A stretch of 63,158 nucleotides of DNA, filler included, from Platydemus manokwari (taxonomy: Eukaryota), in the NCBI GenBank assembly GCA_037951405.1. It is 5 parts of 5 records of this genome, joined end to end, with 100 filler letters (N's around TTAATTAATTAA, not from the genome) between each part and the next. Parts side by side here need not be neighbours in the genome. Positions count along the whole stretch, not along the records: positions 18,401 to 27,590 come from JBBMOY011285761.1; positions 27,691 to 45,460 come from JBBMOY010822202.1; 3 more parts are not named here. One strand, written 5' to 3'. The translations under genes were made by a program, and so were the position numbers. The first letter of the stretch is position 1. Every line of letters begins with the position of its first letter. Below, piece after piece: positions 22,741-36,401 of this stretch. The notes under the pieces were generated by a model. That model was not told the DNA's origin. It saw only the letters and a program-made list of their open reading frames with translations, and searched no databases.

Positions 22741-23589
22741 GCCTGCTTGATATCTTGTTTATAATAAAAAAAATTTAAAAACTTATCTTTGAAATTTAAA
22801 ATCCAAACCTTAAATTAGAAATCTCTTATTTACGCTAAACGTTTGATGGTTGAAGTTCGCAAATTTGACAATCAAAAATAATGACTTTTTTATAAAACAT
22901 TCCTCAACGTAACATTTTATCCATGTTTGGTCTGAATATTATTATTACCTGCTTTAGATTCTGTCTATTAAAACGTGAAAAGTTGATTTGAGTTGTATCA
23001 TCTCGATAAACTTATTGTTTCAAATGCCTTTTATATATGCATGGATATGATTTGAACGTGAAAATCTATTTTATATTTTCCCTTTCACAATGATTTCGTG
23101 ATTTTCTTTCATTTTGGTTTCTTTTCATGGAACCATTTCTAAGCTTTATACTTATTCTTATGTTAAAGAACATCTTATTCACTCTAAATTTATTTTTTTT
23201 CAAAAAAAAGCAGTAATCGAGAACTATTGAATATCTAATTTAAGGCATTGGCCTATATTTAAGTTTGTTTTATCGATTATTTTTCTTTTATTGGTCAGGT
23301 GAAAAGAAAATTCAATTAATTTCACTATGAATATCATTTGAAAAATTTAATTCCAAGCAGGTGTAAAATGATCAGAAGTAGTTCAAAATATAAAAGCGAA
23401 ATTTCATCATGGAATATTTTAAACTGAAAATTTAGAATTGAAATTCCAAGGAGTTTTCTTTTCTCTTTTAAAGCTTGTGATTAAACGATCTTAAAAATTC
23501 GGAATGAATAACATCAGTAATTAAAAAATATATAGTTCGGTTTGATTGAAAAGAATCTTGATATGAATGAATAAATTTAAGCAGCTGAT

Positions 23590-23860
23590 AAATTATTTTC
23601 ACCGACAAATTAACCTTTGTTGGAAATGCCAATAATTAATGCACTTATCTAAAATCATCATTAGACTTATGAATGGCTAATGAATATCATTGATGAATGA
23701 AATTCCGAATTTTCGTCTTGTGCTGATATCGATATCCTCTTGACTTCCTATCGGTGGCAGGCGTATAAATCGAAACGACAATGACAATCCTGATAGATTA
23801 TCATCAGTTGTTAAATGTTCGCAAAATTCAAATTGCCATTTCCATTATTGCTGTTACTTA
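23590..23860 (-). pseudogene. TRAF MATH-domain relic
   Basis: SNNGNGNLNFANI*QLM...VSIYTPATDRKSRGYRY...YWHFQQRL (cf. SxxGxLIWKI..SIYSPxF..GYK..WPFxQ). Confidence 0.5.
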
Positions 23861-24697
23861 AACAGTTCAAAATAGATTATTTTATACGATGTGTTTTCCA
23901 AACATGTTTTTAATACTTGACGAATATCGAATAATTAAGATTTTGATAACCGGAACAAAATCCTTTATATTTTATCGTTGATTTGTAAATACCAATTCAG
24001 ATCAAACAAACCTGATTTAAAAAAGAAAAATCGAAATAATAATTGAAAACTGACCAGGAAATATAGAATGACATTTTATTTAATTATTATTTAAATCGTT
24101 ATATTTATTTTAATGTTAATGTTATTACATGGTAGAGTGTGCTAAAATGACCAGACGTGACCTTCAGAAACAATAGAATTACACTTAAAACGATATGCAT
24201 TCCAATAAGCATACACACTATCTTATTTTCCAATTAGGGATTATCAATTTATAACTCATTTATTGAAAGCTATGTTCCAATGGACATACATCAAAGGAAA
24301 AGATCAAAAATAAGAAACATTTTCATTCATAACACTTAGCCATGACTTAGGAATATTAAATAAAAATCAATGCACTTTATATTGATCATACCAGATAAAA
24401 TCAACACTATTACCAGTGAATTCCTACTAGAAATATATAGTATTTCTAAAATCGATAATTTTGCGTGTTCTTTTGGCAAATCGGGCACTGATCAAGTTTT
24501 GTTTGTGATTCCTCTTTGACTCTTTTGATTGAATCTCCGGTCAATATATTTTACTTTATTTGTTCACAAGCATCGTTGTTTATTTGAGCTTGTCACAAAA
24601 GATATTTCACAAATTTGATTGGTTGATAATAGTAACACTATATTAATATTATATACATTGGTGGTATTGTTATAATATTTTGTTTTGTAGTATTTTA

Positions 24698-25160
24698 TTG
24701 GTGGGGCTTTGGTTCTGTCGTATTTTAGAATTGTTAAATCTAAAAGAATTGAGCATTTCAATTTTTATTCGACTTTATTCTACTCATCAGCACAACTCTA
24801 AAATTCATCAAATACTCAATATATATCAATTCAAACAACAAAATGATAGTTGGCTTCCAACTGACACTTGACAATCAATACATTAGTATTTATACTTGTT
24901 TTGATTTGATCCTTTATTTCTCAAGTTTAAATTGGATTTACTGATTTTGACTGTTCGCGATTGGTCAATTCCTATGAGTGTATTATTGTGTAGCTATGTC
25001 AATTTTTCGAATTGGAATTTTCCATTTATGTCCTCTCTGATTAACCTGTTGCTATACATGTTTTGTTATGTAGATATGCTAATACTTAAAGTGATAACAC
25101 AAGGATTATAAGGTGTAAAATTATTTTTCTTTGTCAAGTTTTCATCTTTATCCAATGGAA
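24698..25160 (-). mobile_element. LTR family A copy (diverged)
   Basis: Shares CTTCCAACTG, TATTTATAC, TTTGATTTGATCCTT and AAGGTGTAAA blocks with the other copies. Confidence 0.7.
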
Positions 25161-27590
25161 TATTAATTTATTTAATACGATCACTGGCCGGTTCTTATAT
25201 GTTTTAAAATTGAAGACTAATCTGGGTGCAAATATCGAATTCATTAAAAGGAAAATTGGCTCAACAAAACGTCGTGATAGCTCATAGATACATCAATACA
25301 CAATATAACGATTAATTACATAACAATATAAACAAATTATCGATAAATAAACATAAAGATGAAATAAAAATTACTTTGAAAGAATATTCAGATATTATTT
25401 AATTATATTATTTGAATTTATTATTGTTATTTGAAGACTAACTCACTTTTAAAAAATCGATTATCGAAAATTTACACAATTAAAGTAATTAAAATTTTCA
25501 AAGGGGAAAAATCAATCAATTTCGATTATAATTACGACTGTAATTCATTTATAATTATCCGTAATCAAATTGTAATTTTCAAAAATGCTAATAAATATTA
25601 TTGTACAAATATTATTTTATACTGTGGTGCATATTTTATATCATTAAGTGATTTATTCAAGGTTTATATACACATTTGCACTAAATAATTGCACTGGAAC
25701 ATGTGTGGTAAAATTATTTTTAAATACAGAGAGACTTTTTCCAAAAATACGAATTTAATTAAAGATTTCAGTGCCGTAATAAATAATATAATTTTTCCGA
25801 TGATTGCACTTTATTGAATTTTGTCATTCATTGATTGTAAAATCATTTGGTTCAAAAGAGAAATTATTGTTGTGTAATTTATAACAACGTAAACCCTGGA
25901 GTAACCTTTTGAAAAGAGTGCACATTTTCTCAGCAGCCAATCAGAGGTTTTATGAATTAATGGCTGCATATTAAACTGTTATTGTATTTCAATACACACG
26001 ATCAAAAGGTATTGGCATCTCTATGCGTCAAATGAAAATGAAGTCACCATTTGGAACCTCTTAGTCAATATCCAGACAATAGACTATAGATGAAAACCAA
26101 AATTATTACAGAAACACAGCCCATTTAAACTGAACCATTTAAGCACGGAATTTACAGCCTTTGTTAGATATTCTTTCTAGTTATAATTCCTTCCCATTAT
26201 GACCTTTGAACATTTGTTCTTGGAATTTGTTATACTTATGTTTAATGCGTTATGTTCTGATATAAATTATATTCTACTGTTATTGTGATTATTATAATGT
26301 AACATTTTTTCAACTATATAAAAATATTAAAAGTATATTTTAAGCCAGTAATATTTTATAAAGAACCCTCAAAAATAAATTATATCTAACCATATTATTT
26401 AAACAAATATTTTTAATATAAGAATGAATTAAATCTTTTGGATATGTTAATTCATTTTAAAATCCTCACATATATAATTTTTCCATCAATTATTTCAATA
26501 AATATAAAAATCCCAATTTATCCGTGCATCAAATAGATTTTTAAGTTCAAAACATATATTCTAAAATATTTTCCGTGAGCTATGAAACTTAACAAAAAAA
26601 ATAATGCAACTTTCTCACAAATATGTTCCCTTTGAATGACTTCCTGTGAAATGGAAAAAGCAATGGAAATTCAAATTTCCTACTTTCACAAACTGATGGC
26701 AAAAAAATTAGAATTTATAATATTTTATGAAATCCATAACTAGAGCATGTCACAATTATTTTCTAATTAATCGCCAATCGTACCACATTTTGAATGCAAT
26801 TTAATGGAACAGACCTCGAAGATTTTAATTTGCTTGCCTTTCAATCTTAAGTGAACTCTGAAATTTTAATTAATCCCACCATTAAATCTATTGTGAAATA
26901 TAATCTCATTCAAGTCGAGCAAACAAAAATTACAACAATGATTTCAGTAGCTTTTCCTTCACAAGCTTTCCTTAACCTTAACTGTTTTTTATTCCGATTT
27001 TATTTGCTTTATGAACAAGAATTTTTTTATTTATAAGATGTTGCTAAAACTTTTACAATTATAACAATAATTACAGTGGCTTCGAATTATTATGAATATG
27101 TAAAATATAGTTTTTTTCTCATCCTAAATTACCTTTAATGTTATTTATACCATAGCTTTCATGCTAATATATTAACGATTAAATTCAAAAACGAATATAA
27201 TGGTAATTATCCATAATTATTCACACCCAGTTAGAAACCAATTTTGCAATTTATCTATAAATATTTATTCAATTAAAATAAGCCCAGTGTTTTTTTTTAA
27301 TTTATTCACAGTCCATAGCTTATGTTAGTTACAACATAATATATTTTTTAAACAATCCGTCAAATTCATTATTTAACTTTCTAATTTTAAAAGACCATCA
27401 ATTAATATGTATTTGTATTTCTAAACTAAGAGTGATAATTTCGATTTCAAAATAATATTTCTTGTTGTAAATTTAATGTGTTTCAAATTAAAATTTTAAT
27501 AATATTTGTAATTCATTGCAATTCAGTTCAATCAAAATTAAATAACATATTTCTCTTATTTATCGTAATAAAAGATATTTTACGTTAATT

Positions 27591-27690
27591 NNNNNNNNNN
27601 NNNNNNNNNNNNNNNNNNNNNNNNNNNNNNNNNNTTAATTAATTAANNNNNNNNNNNNNNNNNNNNNNNNNNNNNNNNNNNNNNNNNNNN
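27591..27690. other. Artificial assembly spacer
   Basis: 44N-TTAATTAATTAA-44N. Confidence 0.98.
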
Positions 27691-28939
27691 GTATTTGTTT
27701 AAATACTATATATTTGTACAATCTTTTGAATTAATAAATATTAATATTTACTAATCTTTATCACAGTAATATTATCAATGTTATCAGCCCACTAACTATA
27801 AAATGAATGAATAATTATAAATTTACATGAAGTCAGTGAATTTCAAGTTAGCTTAGGAAAAACTACTGATACGATAAAAACTAAAACAAATTAATCGTAG
27901 AAATATTGATCATTACACTCGAGTTCGAATTTGAAGTAATTAAATAAAATAAACAGCAGGTGAACAAGCATCACAATGACTTTTAGCATTAATTAATGTA
28001 TATTCAATACGAAGGAAAACGTGGATTTTGGTTCAATTAATAAACTTGAGTTAATAAATTAGAAGTTTTGTTGTCACACTGATTTTCCTAAGAAAATCTA
28101 ATAGCAGTAATATTTTCTATAATTGTAATACTTTTAAATTTCTTAATTAAAATATAAAAAAAAACAAATTCAATACAATCTGTCGACATTCTCCTTTGTA
28201 AATCTGCATGACTTCCGAATTTTTGTATCGTCAAGAATTTTGTATAGAAATCACACGGTGTTTTCGATTCGATAATGACAAAAGATTGAGATCGATTATG
28301 TTAATTAAAATAATTTTAAAAAACGACTTGAGCACATTGAACAAGGCAACTTTCAAAATCTTTAATGGATTTTTATTTAATTCAAGCAATTTTCCAACAA
28401 TTAATTTTGATTAATAGGGGGGACTGATTAGAAAACGTTGATGTTCTATGTTGGATATTGTTTTTCATTGATATCATTTCGATATGATTTCATCACAACG
28501 AAATCGGTGTGGTAGTCAATCATTTGCTATAAATATCCGTGATTCCATAAGGATAGAAAATAAACTCATTTGAAACGGTAAAACTATTGAGCTGAAAATC
28601 AAAAACAAAAAATTATTTCGACAATTTATTCATTTAATTTTCAAAACGTTCTCCCCAGTGTAACACACACGATTTGCTTTTTTTCAACAGTATTTATATG
28701 AGCGGGATTTAATGTGATTTAATTGACAAGTCATGCATTTTTCTATGACGATGAGTTCAAAAAAGATTTATTAATTTAAAACAATTTGAAAAAAAAATTG
28801 AAAAAAAATAAAATTTTACAAGATATTTTGTATTAATTCAAAATGGTTTTTATTTTTTAGGTATTTATTCGTAGAAATTGATCATGTGTAATATGATTTG
28901 ACAAACGATTGCTGGTTAATGTAAATTTAAGTAAAGCTC

Positions 28940-29408
28940 CAGTATTGGAATATTCACATTAGGAAACTCTATATTATGTTATTTACTATCCCTAATTATC
29001 CAATGATTTAATTGGAGATAATAATTTGTACATTATAAACAAAATCCTCAATGCTCTACACTCAAAGTCATTCAGAAAAACAAAGTAAATTATCAGATCG
29101 CAACAGATTCAGTACTCGAACGGTAAAAACATCGACAGAAATTACCGATCATGAAAGACTGACAGCTGCTCTCAAGATTCAACTTCTTTTATAGACTTGC
29201 CATGTATGCTTATCTTCTGTCTTGCAGGTTTGTCTAGACTCTAGAGATTAGCTTATTGAGTTCTATCTCTCGAGACATTGGTGTGTTTCGATCTCATGGT
29301 TGGTGTGCGCTAATTGACGATCGTATTCTATTTATGGATTGATATTTCCACGAAATCGTGCTTGACGATTATTTCGTGGTCTCCATAAGTACATAAACAA
29401 TAAAACAT
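28940..29408 (-). mobile_element. Diverged LTR related to family B, inverted
   Basis: AATTACCGATCATGAAAGACTGACAGCT approximates the reverse complement of the family B block ACTGCCAGTCTTTATGGTCGGTAACTT. Confidence 0.5.
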
Positions 29409-29499
29409 CATTTTTTAATTGGTCCTTCAGGAAAAACGGTAAGTGACAGTACATTCGAGTGAGTTGATCATGTGTTCAAATTCATCAATAAGTGATTTA

Positions 29500-29800
29500 T
29501 TAATTTATGAAGATCTGTAGACTACCAATTGGAATTCTCAATAATAAAAATCCTCAAAACCCTTGCAAATTTAGAATCTAACATCCATTAAGCTGACTCA
29601 TTGCTAATTCCGGGGTATGCAGAAATCAAATGCCTGCACGTTTTTGCAATTTTCTAAAAAATATACTGTCAGATAATTAAAACAAAACCCAGTAAATAAA
29701 TCAGATATTCGACAGTTACTCTTGTTCATTCATCAGTTTTCATGTCAGATTTGATGGTGGAAAATGACATTTGAATTGTTTCTCTATGATAGTTATTTGA
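29500..29800 (+). pseudogene. Possible RING-finger relic
   Basis: KCLHVF/CNF at ~29628-29652 (RING CxHxFCxxC). Confidence 0.3.
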
Positions 29801-30270
29801 AGAAATTTCTTACCGATTATCGATAATTAAGTGACACAGGTATTTGATTTTTTTTCTAAAAATGTGACAACTGGGTTCCAATTAATATAATAAAATAATA
29901 ATTTGTAAAAAATAATATTTTTATAAATATTTAATAACATTTTTTGTGGAAATTAATAGTAAAAATAAATGTTAATTATCTAACAAAATGATGATCACAA
30001 CCTAACGTGACAATCTACTACAATATCGAGCATAAATATTTGTTTAAGAACTTTATAACAAAACTCATGAGAAATAATTAAGAATTTTTCATTAATTCTT
30101 CATTCATTTTGTTACTTCATAATTGTTTTCTAATTTTACCATTAAATTTGATATTTCCATTGTAAATTTTGTCAGAAACCAGTGCATTCAATATCTCAAG
30201 CACTTTTGAAATCGATTATTATTGTAAAAATTAATTTGAAAAATTATTATATTTACCATTATTTTAATAT

Positions 30271-30725
30271 TGTTGAGTCTTGAAACTAATAATTACTGAC
30301 AATGAAAATCGAAAGTTATAAACTTCATTTCTGATTCGAGTTCTAATTAATATGACATACAAAATAACACAAGTACAATCAAACTTGATTTACAACTGGT
30401 ACTCGTACTACTCAGTACTACACTAAAATTCGATACAAAAAAAAGAAACCAAAACTTATCTTCCAACTGGTACTTGGGCATCTTTACACCAGTATTTATA
30501 CTCGTGATCTGTGTGTAATTTTTACTTCATCTTAGTATCACATTTTGATTTGATCCTTATTTTTCCATGTTTCTATTGGGTTTCTTTGTTTTTGTATGAG
30601 TGAGATTAGTCAGTCCCTATGTGCGCATTGTTGAACTACTATGTCCATATTTCAAATTTTAGTTTTCCATTTACCTTCGCTGTGATTTGTTGATTTCCAT
30701 GTCTGTATAGTTGTGTAGGCATGTA
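30271..30725 (-). mobile_element. LTR family A copy (truncated)
   Basis: Begins TGTTGAGTC and aligns with the 13712 and 20397 copies; TATA box GTATAAATA on the minus strand. Confidence 0.8.
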
Positions 30726-30939
30726 GAAATTACCTAAACTTAACGGAATCTTTAATTTCAACCTGACTGTTTTCAATGAGCTAAATTTTGACTTACATTA
30801 AACAAAACAAAAATTTCCTTTTAAAAATTATAAATATTTTTCTAATAAAATAATAATTAGAAACGTGGACTATGTCCCGTCGTTTCCGGTTTTATACCAG
30901 CTCTGAAAATCCTTGCTGTACAACAAATCTAAATAAAAT

Positions 30940-31240
30940 ATATCCTTACTTATACTTAAATTATAACAACACAATTTCGCTAATTGCACAATCTTACAAC
31001 CTTACTTGTTACAAGAAAATTCCGAAAATTACAGAATTCTGATTTTAATTGCAAATGTCTCGATTAAATCACAGTTTTCATACAATTTTGATGATGTCTT
31101 GTGATACCTTGATGATACTTTCAGAACAACAATATACTGAATTCTTTCGCATTACACATCGTGCAAAAATCGTTGAGACAAAAATTAAGAATACCATAAT
31201 CCATTACTATTTTGGTCTTAGATCAATAATATGGAACAGT
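30940..31240 (-). pseudogene. TRAF-type zinc-finger relic
   Basis: HLQLKSEFCNFRNF/CNK*GCKIV fits zf-TRAF (H....C..R...C...GC). Confidence 0.45.
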
Positions 31241-31505
31241 GATTAAGTTTCAGATCTCTGGAGTTGCGAATATTCATTTAATTTACGATTACACATTATT
31301 TTTGGATGTTCAGCAATTGCTAAATCATTTTAATTTTTTAAATGTGTGATATTAACAATTATAGAATTTATAGAACCTTCTAAAATCTGAAATGGTTTGA
31401 AAAATAAGGTGAGGGTTTTTGATGCATGTGATATAATAAAAAATAAAATAATGTAAATTAATAATTTATATTGATTTTTTATAACTTTCATTCATATAAT
31501 TTTCA

Positions 31506-34500
31506 ATGATTCGAAAGGAAGATTCAAACCAAGTAAAAATTAGATACGCAGGATCCATTGATATACATGATTCTTCAAAAAAATCCATAATAAAATCCAA
31601 TGACATTTTAGAATATCCTAATCCTCTGTTATCCGTTGAACGTAAAAGATCAACTTTACAAGCATTATCAAAGTCACCAGTAGATCATGAGACTTTCAAC
31701 AAACCGGTAAACAATTCAACTAAACACTATAAAGAAAAACGCGTAAGGCAGTATAAAATAAGTTTCGCTTATACGTGTAGTTCTGGCGAAGATGGGAAAG
31801 ATATCAATCCCAAAATAACCAGTTTAAAGCGACTGGATAAAGTCACAACGACATCCGATCATCAATTTGTTATCAACAAATTGAAACCCGTCATGTCAAG
31901 AATTGTACAACGACTGATTCAAGAATATAAAAAATCCAAAATGAATATTCGACCCAATGAAAGTGAGGACAAATCTGTCTCAGCAAATTCAATCACTCTC
32001 TCTATATCCAGCAGTGATAATTTTCTTCGGGGAACAATCAAATCCACTAAACTTTCTAATTACCGTAAATCGATCTCACCTTATCTTGTAAATTCCTACT
32101 CGTCCAACACAACAATCGGTAAGAATGTCATTAACATTTCTCTGAATCATTCCAAAGAAAATATCAAACTCATCAAAGCTCATTCGACCTCACGACCAAC
32201 GAAAGTCCAACCCAAACCGAATTCAATCAAACAAATTAAACGATTACAGAAATATCAATCTTCTTTCAAATTGGATTCGTTGAATGGCGAAAAGGATAGA
32301 AATGAATCGTTGGAAATAATTTGTTGTGGTTCGAAAAATTTCATTCCACCAAATCTGGTTAAAGATACGTTTCTATTTAAAAAAACTAAACTCCTTCAAG
32401 ATCTTGATGTCGATATAAGGAAAATGTTTGATAAACCTAATATTTCCGTTTATAATTTATCATTTTGCTATACATTCGATAGTATAACGATCTCTAATTT
32501 TATTTACATGTATTCGTCAATTATTTTCAATTTTTTCACTCAGGATGTTTTCAAAATGAATCTGGAGAATTTATTATCATATCGGCGAAATATTCATTCA
32601 TCGCAATTTGATTTAGTGGAAAATGTAAACTATTATTATGTCGATGTTCCTGCACAATCGAATTATACGTTTATAAAAGCTAATCTTGAAACCTGGAACC
32701 GGTTTAGACCACAATCGATTTTGGATAGTAATTATAGTAACGATGAAAACAACGGCTCCGATAAATTGGAGCAAAGTAAAGGAAAAGTTCAAAGTCCTAG
32801 TGTAAATGGAAGTCCTAGAGGGCAGCTTTTCACTATGATTTCAGAATATTCTACTGAACTAGTTGATGTCCATAGGGACAGTCGTCAAAGGAATCCCAGT
32901 ACTAGAGCACCAAGTGTAAGGAAAGAAAGATCAATGAAAACAAAACCTGACAAAATGTCTTTAAATGGTGGAAAGGAAGAATCACTGTCTTCAGATATAA
33001 CAGTCATGTCAGATTGTCCAATATGTCATGGAGATCCAATAATTTGTTTAGAAGCGGAAGGTCGAAAATCCGTGATAGAAAATTATGTGAATTTATTACA
33101 AGAATCCGATGGAATCACCGTAAAACGATTTTCAAATAATTCGATTGATATGGACGATTTGAAAGCATTATTATACAATTTCATGGCCAAAAACGATGCT
33201 TATCCTTCACCTAAAATCAAAGAAGAGATGATAAAAACACAGGAAGAATTGATGAAAAAAATACGATCAGGAGAAGGAAAAGAAAATAAAAAAGCTGTCG
33301 ATAGAAAAGAAATTGAAAATTTAATTAAAGAACGAAATTTACAGAATCACGATAAAAATCGTCTTTTACCACAGGATTTTCTAAAGAATCTAACTGGAAG
33401 AAGGAGTCCAAACAAACTATCAATTGATGTGGATGTTGATGAGTATATTTATCCAGGTCTAAGTATAACAGGCATTTCTTCTATCCATTCATTTGTCAAT
33501 GAGGAAAATAGGATTTCCAAAATCTCTGATATCGATTCATCAAAATTTATAGAAGATCAACTAAAAACAATAGAGAAAGATTCTTTAAATAATATAGTTT
33601 CAGAGCATACAGACTCTCTAATAACAGTGAAAAATAGCATAAATGGTACCGCTGGATCTGAAAAATTAAGAAATTATGATGCTGTAACTAATATTGTCAA
33701 AGATTGGTTAAAAAATATTACACCTCTTTTTGAATCGATAAATGAAAAGTCTTCTGAGGAACTAACAGCAGAGGTTGTAGTTGCTAGACTTGAAGACGAA
33801 CTTTCGGTAGTGATAACAAATACAGATGGTGCTGGTGCAGATGGAATTTTAATTCGAATGGGATCAGTAACGACTTCCCGTCGATCAATGACTATTCGTC
33901 CGCAGCCTGACGTGATAGTTCCAATTCAAATTTTGAGTAAAAGTAATTTCGAGTCGAATCTAAATGAAAATATAAATGAAAATGAAGATAATCAAGAAAA
34001 TGTTATTGAAAAAGTTGTGAGCGAATTGAAAATCGATATAAAAACGGAAACCATTGATGGGCAACCTTTTTTATCAAACAATCTTCAAAGAAATTCACAA
34101 GATCCTCAAAATGTTTCACAGACACATAATATTGGTAATTATGTTGAAATTCTTAGTAAAAATGAAATCAAGTTCGAAAACATTTCTCCTATAACCCAGG
34201 AAACGACGTCAACAAAGATGAAATCCAAAACTAGTTCCAATTTCATAAATGGAGCACGAGAAATTAATAATCTAGATATCGACAAAAATATTGAATCCTT
34301 AGAAATCGATCAGTTTCCCACTGGTGCAGTTTATGTGGAAGTGGAATCGAAAAAGATGTCTGGAAGACCAGTTGAAACGAGAAAAAATAAGATGGACAAA
34401 GAGCATTCATCGTTTTCTCAGGAAAAGAAAATCTCTACATTTGAAGACTCGATCTTGAAAAAACAATATGACCAAATCAGTCCGAAATATTCATCCGAAG

Positions 34501-36401
34501 ACAGTTCTGATGCTTCTGATTCTCAAGATACTTCTGATGATTTCAGTGGTAAATATCTCAATGAAAGTATCGATTTGATAAATATTTTCAACAGAATATC
34601 ATGGGAAAATAGCCAAGATTTGAAAAATGCATTGAAAATGAAACCCTCACAAATGAATTCACCAACAGAGTTTCGAATGAAAAATCCCAACGAAGATTCT
34701 CATCACGAAGCAAAATATTCCAGCATCAAACATGTCTCATCGGCTTTTAAGGGTTTGACAAATGGATTAAACACGTTCGAAAATGACGATATAATAAATG
34801 GAAATATTAGTCGATTGGCAGAAAAAATGCCCTCTGAACTTGATATAAATGAAAAAGGAAAAGTGATAAAAGATTATCTTTTAAAAGAAAACCAATTAAT
34901 TGGTCTAGATTTTCCAATTCCTCCACAATCACAAGCTTCACAAAATAAAGAAACACTAATCTATTTAGGTAATCCGAATTTAATCAATGGTAAAAAACCG
35001 AATTTTCAAAGTTCAACTATCGTTAGCAATGATGAATTAAAGATTCTAAAACAAGATGATTCCAACACTTATCAACGTTTAATAAGCAACAATGAATTAG
35101 ATTTCTTATTAGATAGACTGAAATCAATTTTGTCAAAGAGTGAAGAATTTCTTCAAATACTATCGAATCTTTACGCAAACCTAGATAAAAATCCAAACGT
35201 CAAAGATGATACTGTTAATATTCCAAAGGATTTATATCTTCTATTGAAAAACATTTGTGGAAATAAAGATAACAGGGAAATAACTAATAAAGCCTCTGTG
35301 ATGTCGAGTGACAAAGCGTTGGGAGATATTTGCAAGATGTTGATATCGATTGATGCTGAAAATTTAAAAGAAATCGCGAAAAATGGAATAAAAAAATCAT
35401 CAACCAATGTTATTGATCAACTTGACAAAAATACAATTGAGGAGTTAAGTAGAATTTTGAAGGAACTGCTCAAAAATGGTACCATTGAGAAGAATTCTAA
35501 AGATAGAAATGACTACTCCGTAGATACCGATGAAAATTTGATAGACAATGTTGTCAAGTGTGTTTTGCATCGTTTGATTGAGAGTAATCAGGTCATTCTC
35601 CAAGAAAACCCGAGACCAAAAAATCATTTAAGAAAAAAACGACCTGGTAATAAGAATTTTGAATATCTTCCACATCGAGACGATTTGAACAATATTCAAT
35701 ATGGTAACAAAAAATACTTTTCAAAATCAATGGACATAATTCCAGACTTTGAAAAATCTACCAGTCAAGAAGTACATGGGGATTTTCTGACGGAAGATTA
35801 TCCTTCTAAATCATTGATTAGAACTCGAAAACCTATCAATATCTCATCACTCATTGATGACTGTCTTCCGTCAGATTCAAGCAATTTTGTCTTCAAAAAA
35901 CCAACAAAGACCAAAACGATAAATAATTTGGACGTTTGCAATGGAATCGTTGATAAGATGAAAAATATACTCACAGACGTTAAACAATCACAACAAGATC
36001 TCCTCTTCAATCCGATAAATAAACACCGAATACGTTCAAAAACCAGATTTGCCAAGCTATCGAATTCCGATCGGTCTTTGCCAACAAATAGTGACGATTC
36101 GAAATTGATGCGTAGTTTATCGGCAAATTGTTTACAGGCTCATCTAATGAACCCAAACCCATTTGTCAGTCGTCATACTGTTGCCTCGATTCAGAACATG
36201 GTTTCAACGCCATTTCAAAAACATAAAATGTCGACTGGTACAAGGAATATTAGAAAAGAAATCAAGGACAAATCCAATAGAGTTTATTTAAATTCAAAAA
36301 CACGAATTAATAACTTAATGACCTGTAATCGAAATGAAAACAATCAAACCCAGACCAGATTACCTGTACGCAGTTCTAATAACAGAAAAGCTTTCAGATG
36401 A
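31506..36401 (+). CDS. Large S/N/K/E-rich, largely disordered protein of unknown function (1631 aa)
   Basis: 4.9-kb stop-free ORF in AT-rich DNA with an ATG start. No recognisable domain; one CPIC-H motif. Possible internal in-frame intron or alternative acceptor near 32543. Confidence 0.85.
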   Translation: MIRKEDSNQVKIRYAGSIDIHDSSKKSIIKSNDILEYPNPLLSVERKRSTLQALSKSPVDHETFNKPVNNSTKHYKEKRVRQYKISFAYTCSSGEDGKDINPKITSLKRLDKVTTTSDHQFVINKLKPVMSRIVQRLIQEYKKSKMNIRPNESEDKSVSANSITLSISSSDNFLRGTIKSTKLSNYRKSISPYLVNSYSSNTTIGKNVINISLNHSKENIKLIKAHSTSRPTKVQPKPNSIKQIKRLQKYQSSFKLDSLNGEKDRNESLEIICCGSKNFIPPNLVKDTFLFKKTKLLQDLDVDIRKMFDKPNISVYNLSFCYTFDSITISNFIYMYSSIIFNFFTQDVFKMNLENLLSYRRNIHSSQFDLVENVNYYYVDVPAQSNYTFIKANLETWNRFRPQSILDSNYSNDENNGSDKLEQSKGKVQSPSVNGSPRGQLFTMISEYSTELVDVHRDSRQRNPSTRAPSVRKERSMKTKPDKMSLNGGKEESLSSDITVMSDCPICHGDPIICLEAEGRKSVIENYVNLLQESDGITVKRFSNNSIDMDDLKALLYNFMAKNDAYPSPKIKEEMIKTQEELMKKIRSGEGKENKKAVDRKEIENLIKERNLQNHDKNRLLPQDFLKNLTGRRSPNKLSIDVDVDEYIYPGLSITGISSIHSFVNEENRISKISDIDSSKFIEDQLKTIEKDSLNNIVSEHTDSLITVKNSINGTAGSEKLRNYDAVTNIVKDWLKNITPLFESINEKSSEELTAEVVVARLEDELSVVITNTDGAGADGILIRMGSVTTSRRSMTIRPQPDVIVPIQILSKSNFESNLNENINENEDNQENVIEKVVSELKIDIKTETIDGQPFLSNNLQRNSQDPQNVSQTHNIGNYVEILSKNEIKFENISPITQETTSTKMKSKTSSNFINGAREINNLDIDKNIESLEIDQFPTGAVYVEVESKKMSGRPVETRKNKMDKEHSSFSQEKKISTFEDSILKKQYDQISPKYSSEDSSDASDSQDTSDDFSGKYLNESIDLINIFNRISWENSQDLKNALKMKPSQMNSPTEFRMKNPNEDSHHEAKYSSIKHVSSAFKGLTNGLNTFENDDIINGNISRLAEKMPSELDINEKGKVIKDYLLKENQLIGLDFPIPPQSQASQNKETLIYLGNPNLINGKKPNFQSSTIVSNDELKILKQDDSNTYQRLISNNELDFLLDRLKSILSKSEEFLQILSNLYANLDKNPNVKDDTVNIPKDLYLLLKNICGNKDNREITNKASVMSSDKALGDICKMLISIDAENLKEIAKNGIKKSSTNVIDQLDKNTIEELSRILKELLKNGTIEKNSKDRNDYSVDTDENLIDNVVKCVLHRLIESNQVILQENPRPKNHLRKKRPGNKNFEYLPHRDDLNNIQYGNKKYFSKSMDIIPDFEKSTSQEVHGDFLTEDYPSKSLIRTRKPINISSLIDDCLPSDSSNFVFKKPTKTKTINNLDVCNGIVDKMKNILTDVKQSQQDLLFNPINKHRIRSKTRFAKLSNSDRSLPTNSDDSKLMRSLSANCLQAHLMNPNPFVSRHTVASIQNMVSTPFQKHKMSTGTRNIRKEIKDKSNRVYLNSKTRINNLMTCNRNENNQTQTRLPVRSSNNRKAFR

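Noticed and set aside
28200-28560. Further TRAF-like hints here and at 53700-54060 and 56400-56560
   Set aside because: Only isolated Cys pairs or a single weak motif each; not enough to list as features.
9842-36055. Short antisense ORFs overlapping the two large CDSs
   Set aside because: Shadow ORFs expected opposite long coding frames; no independent evidence.
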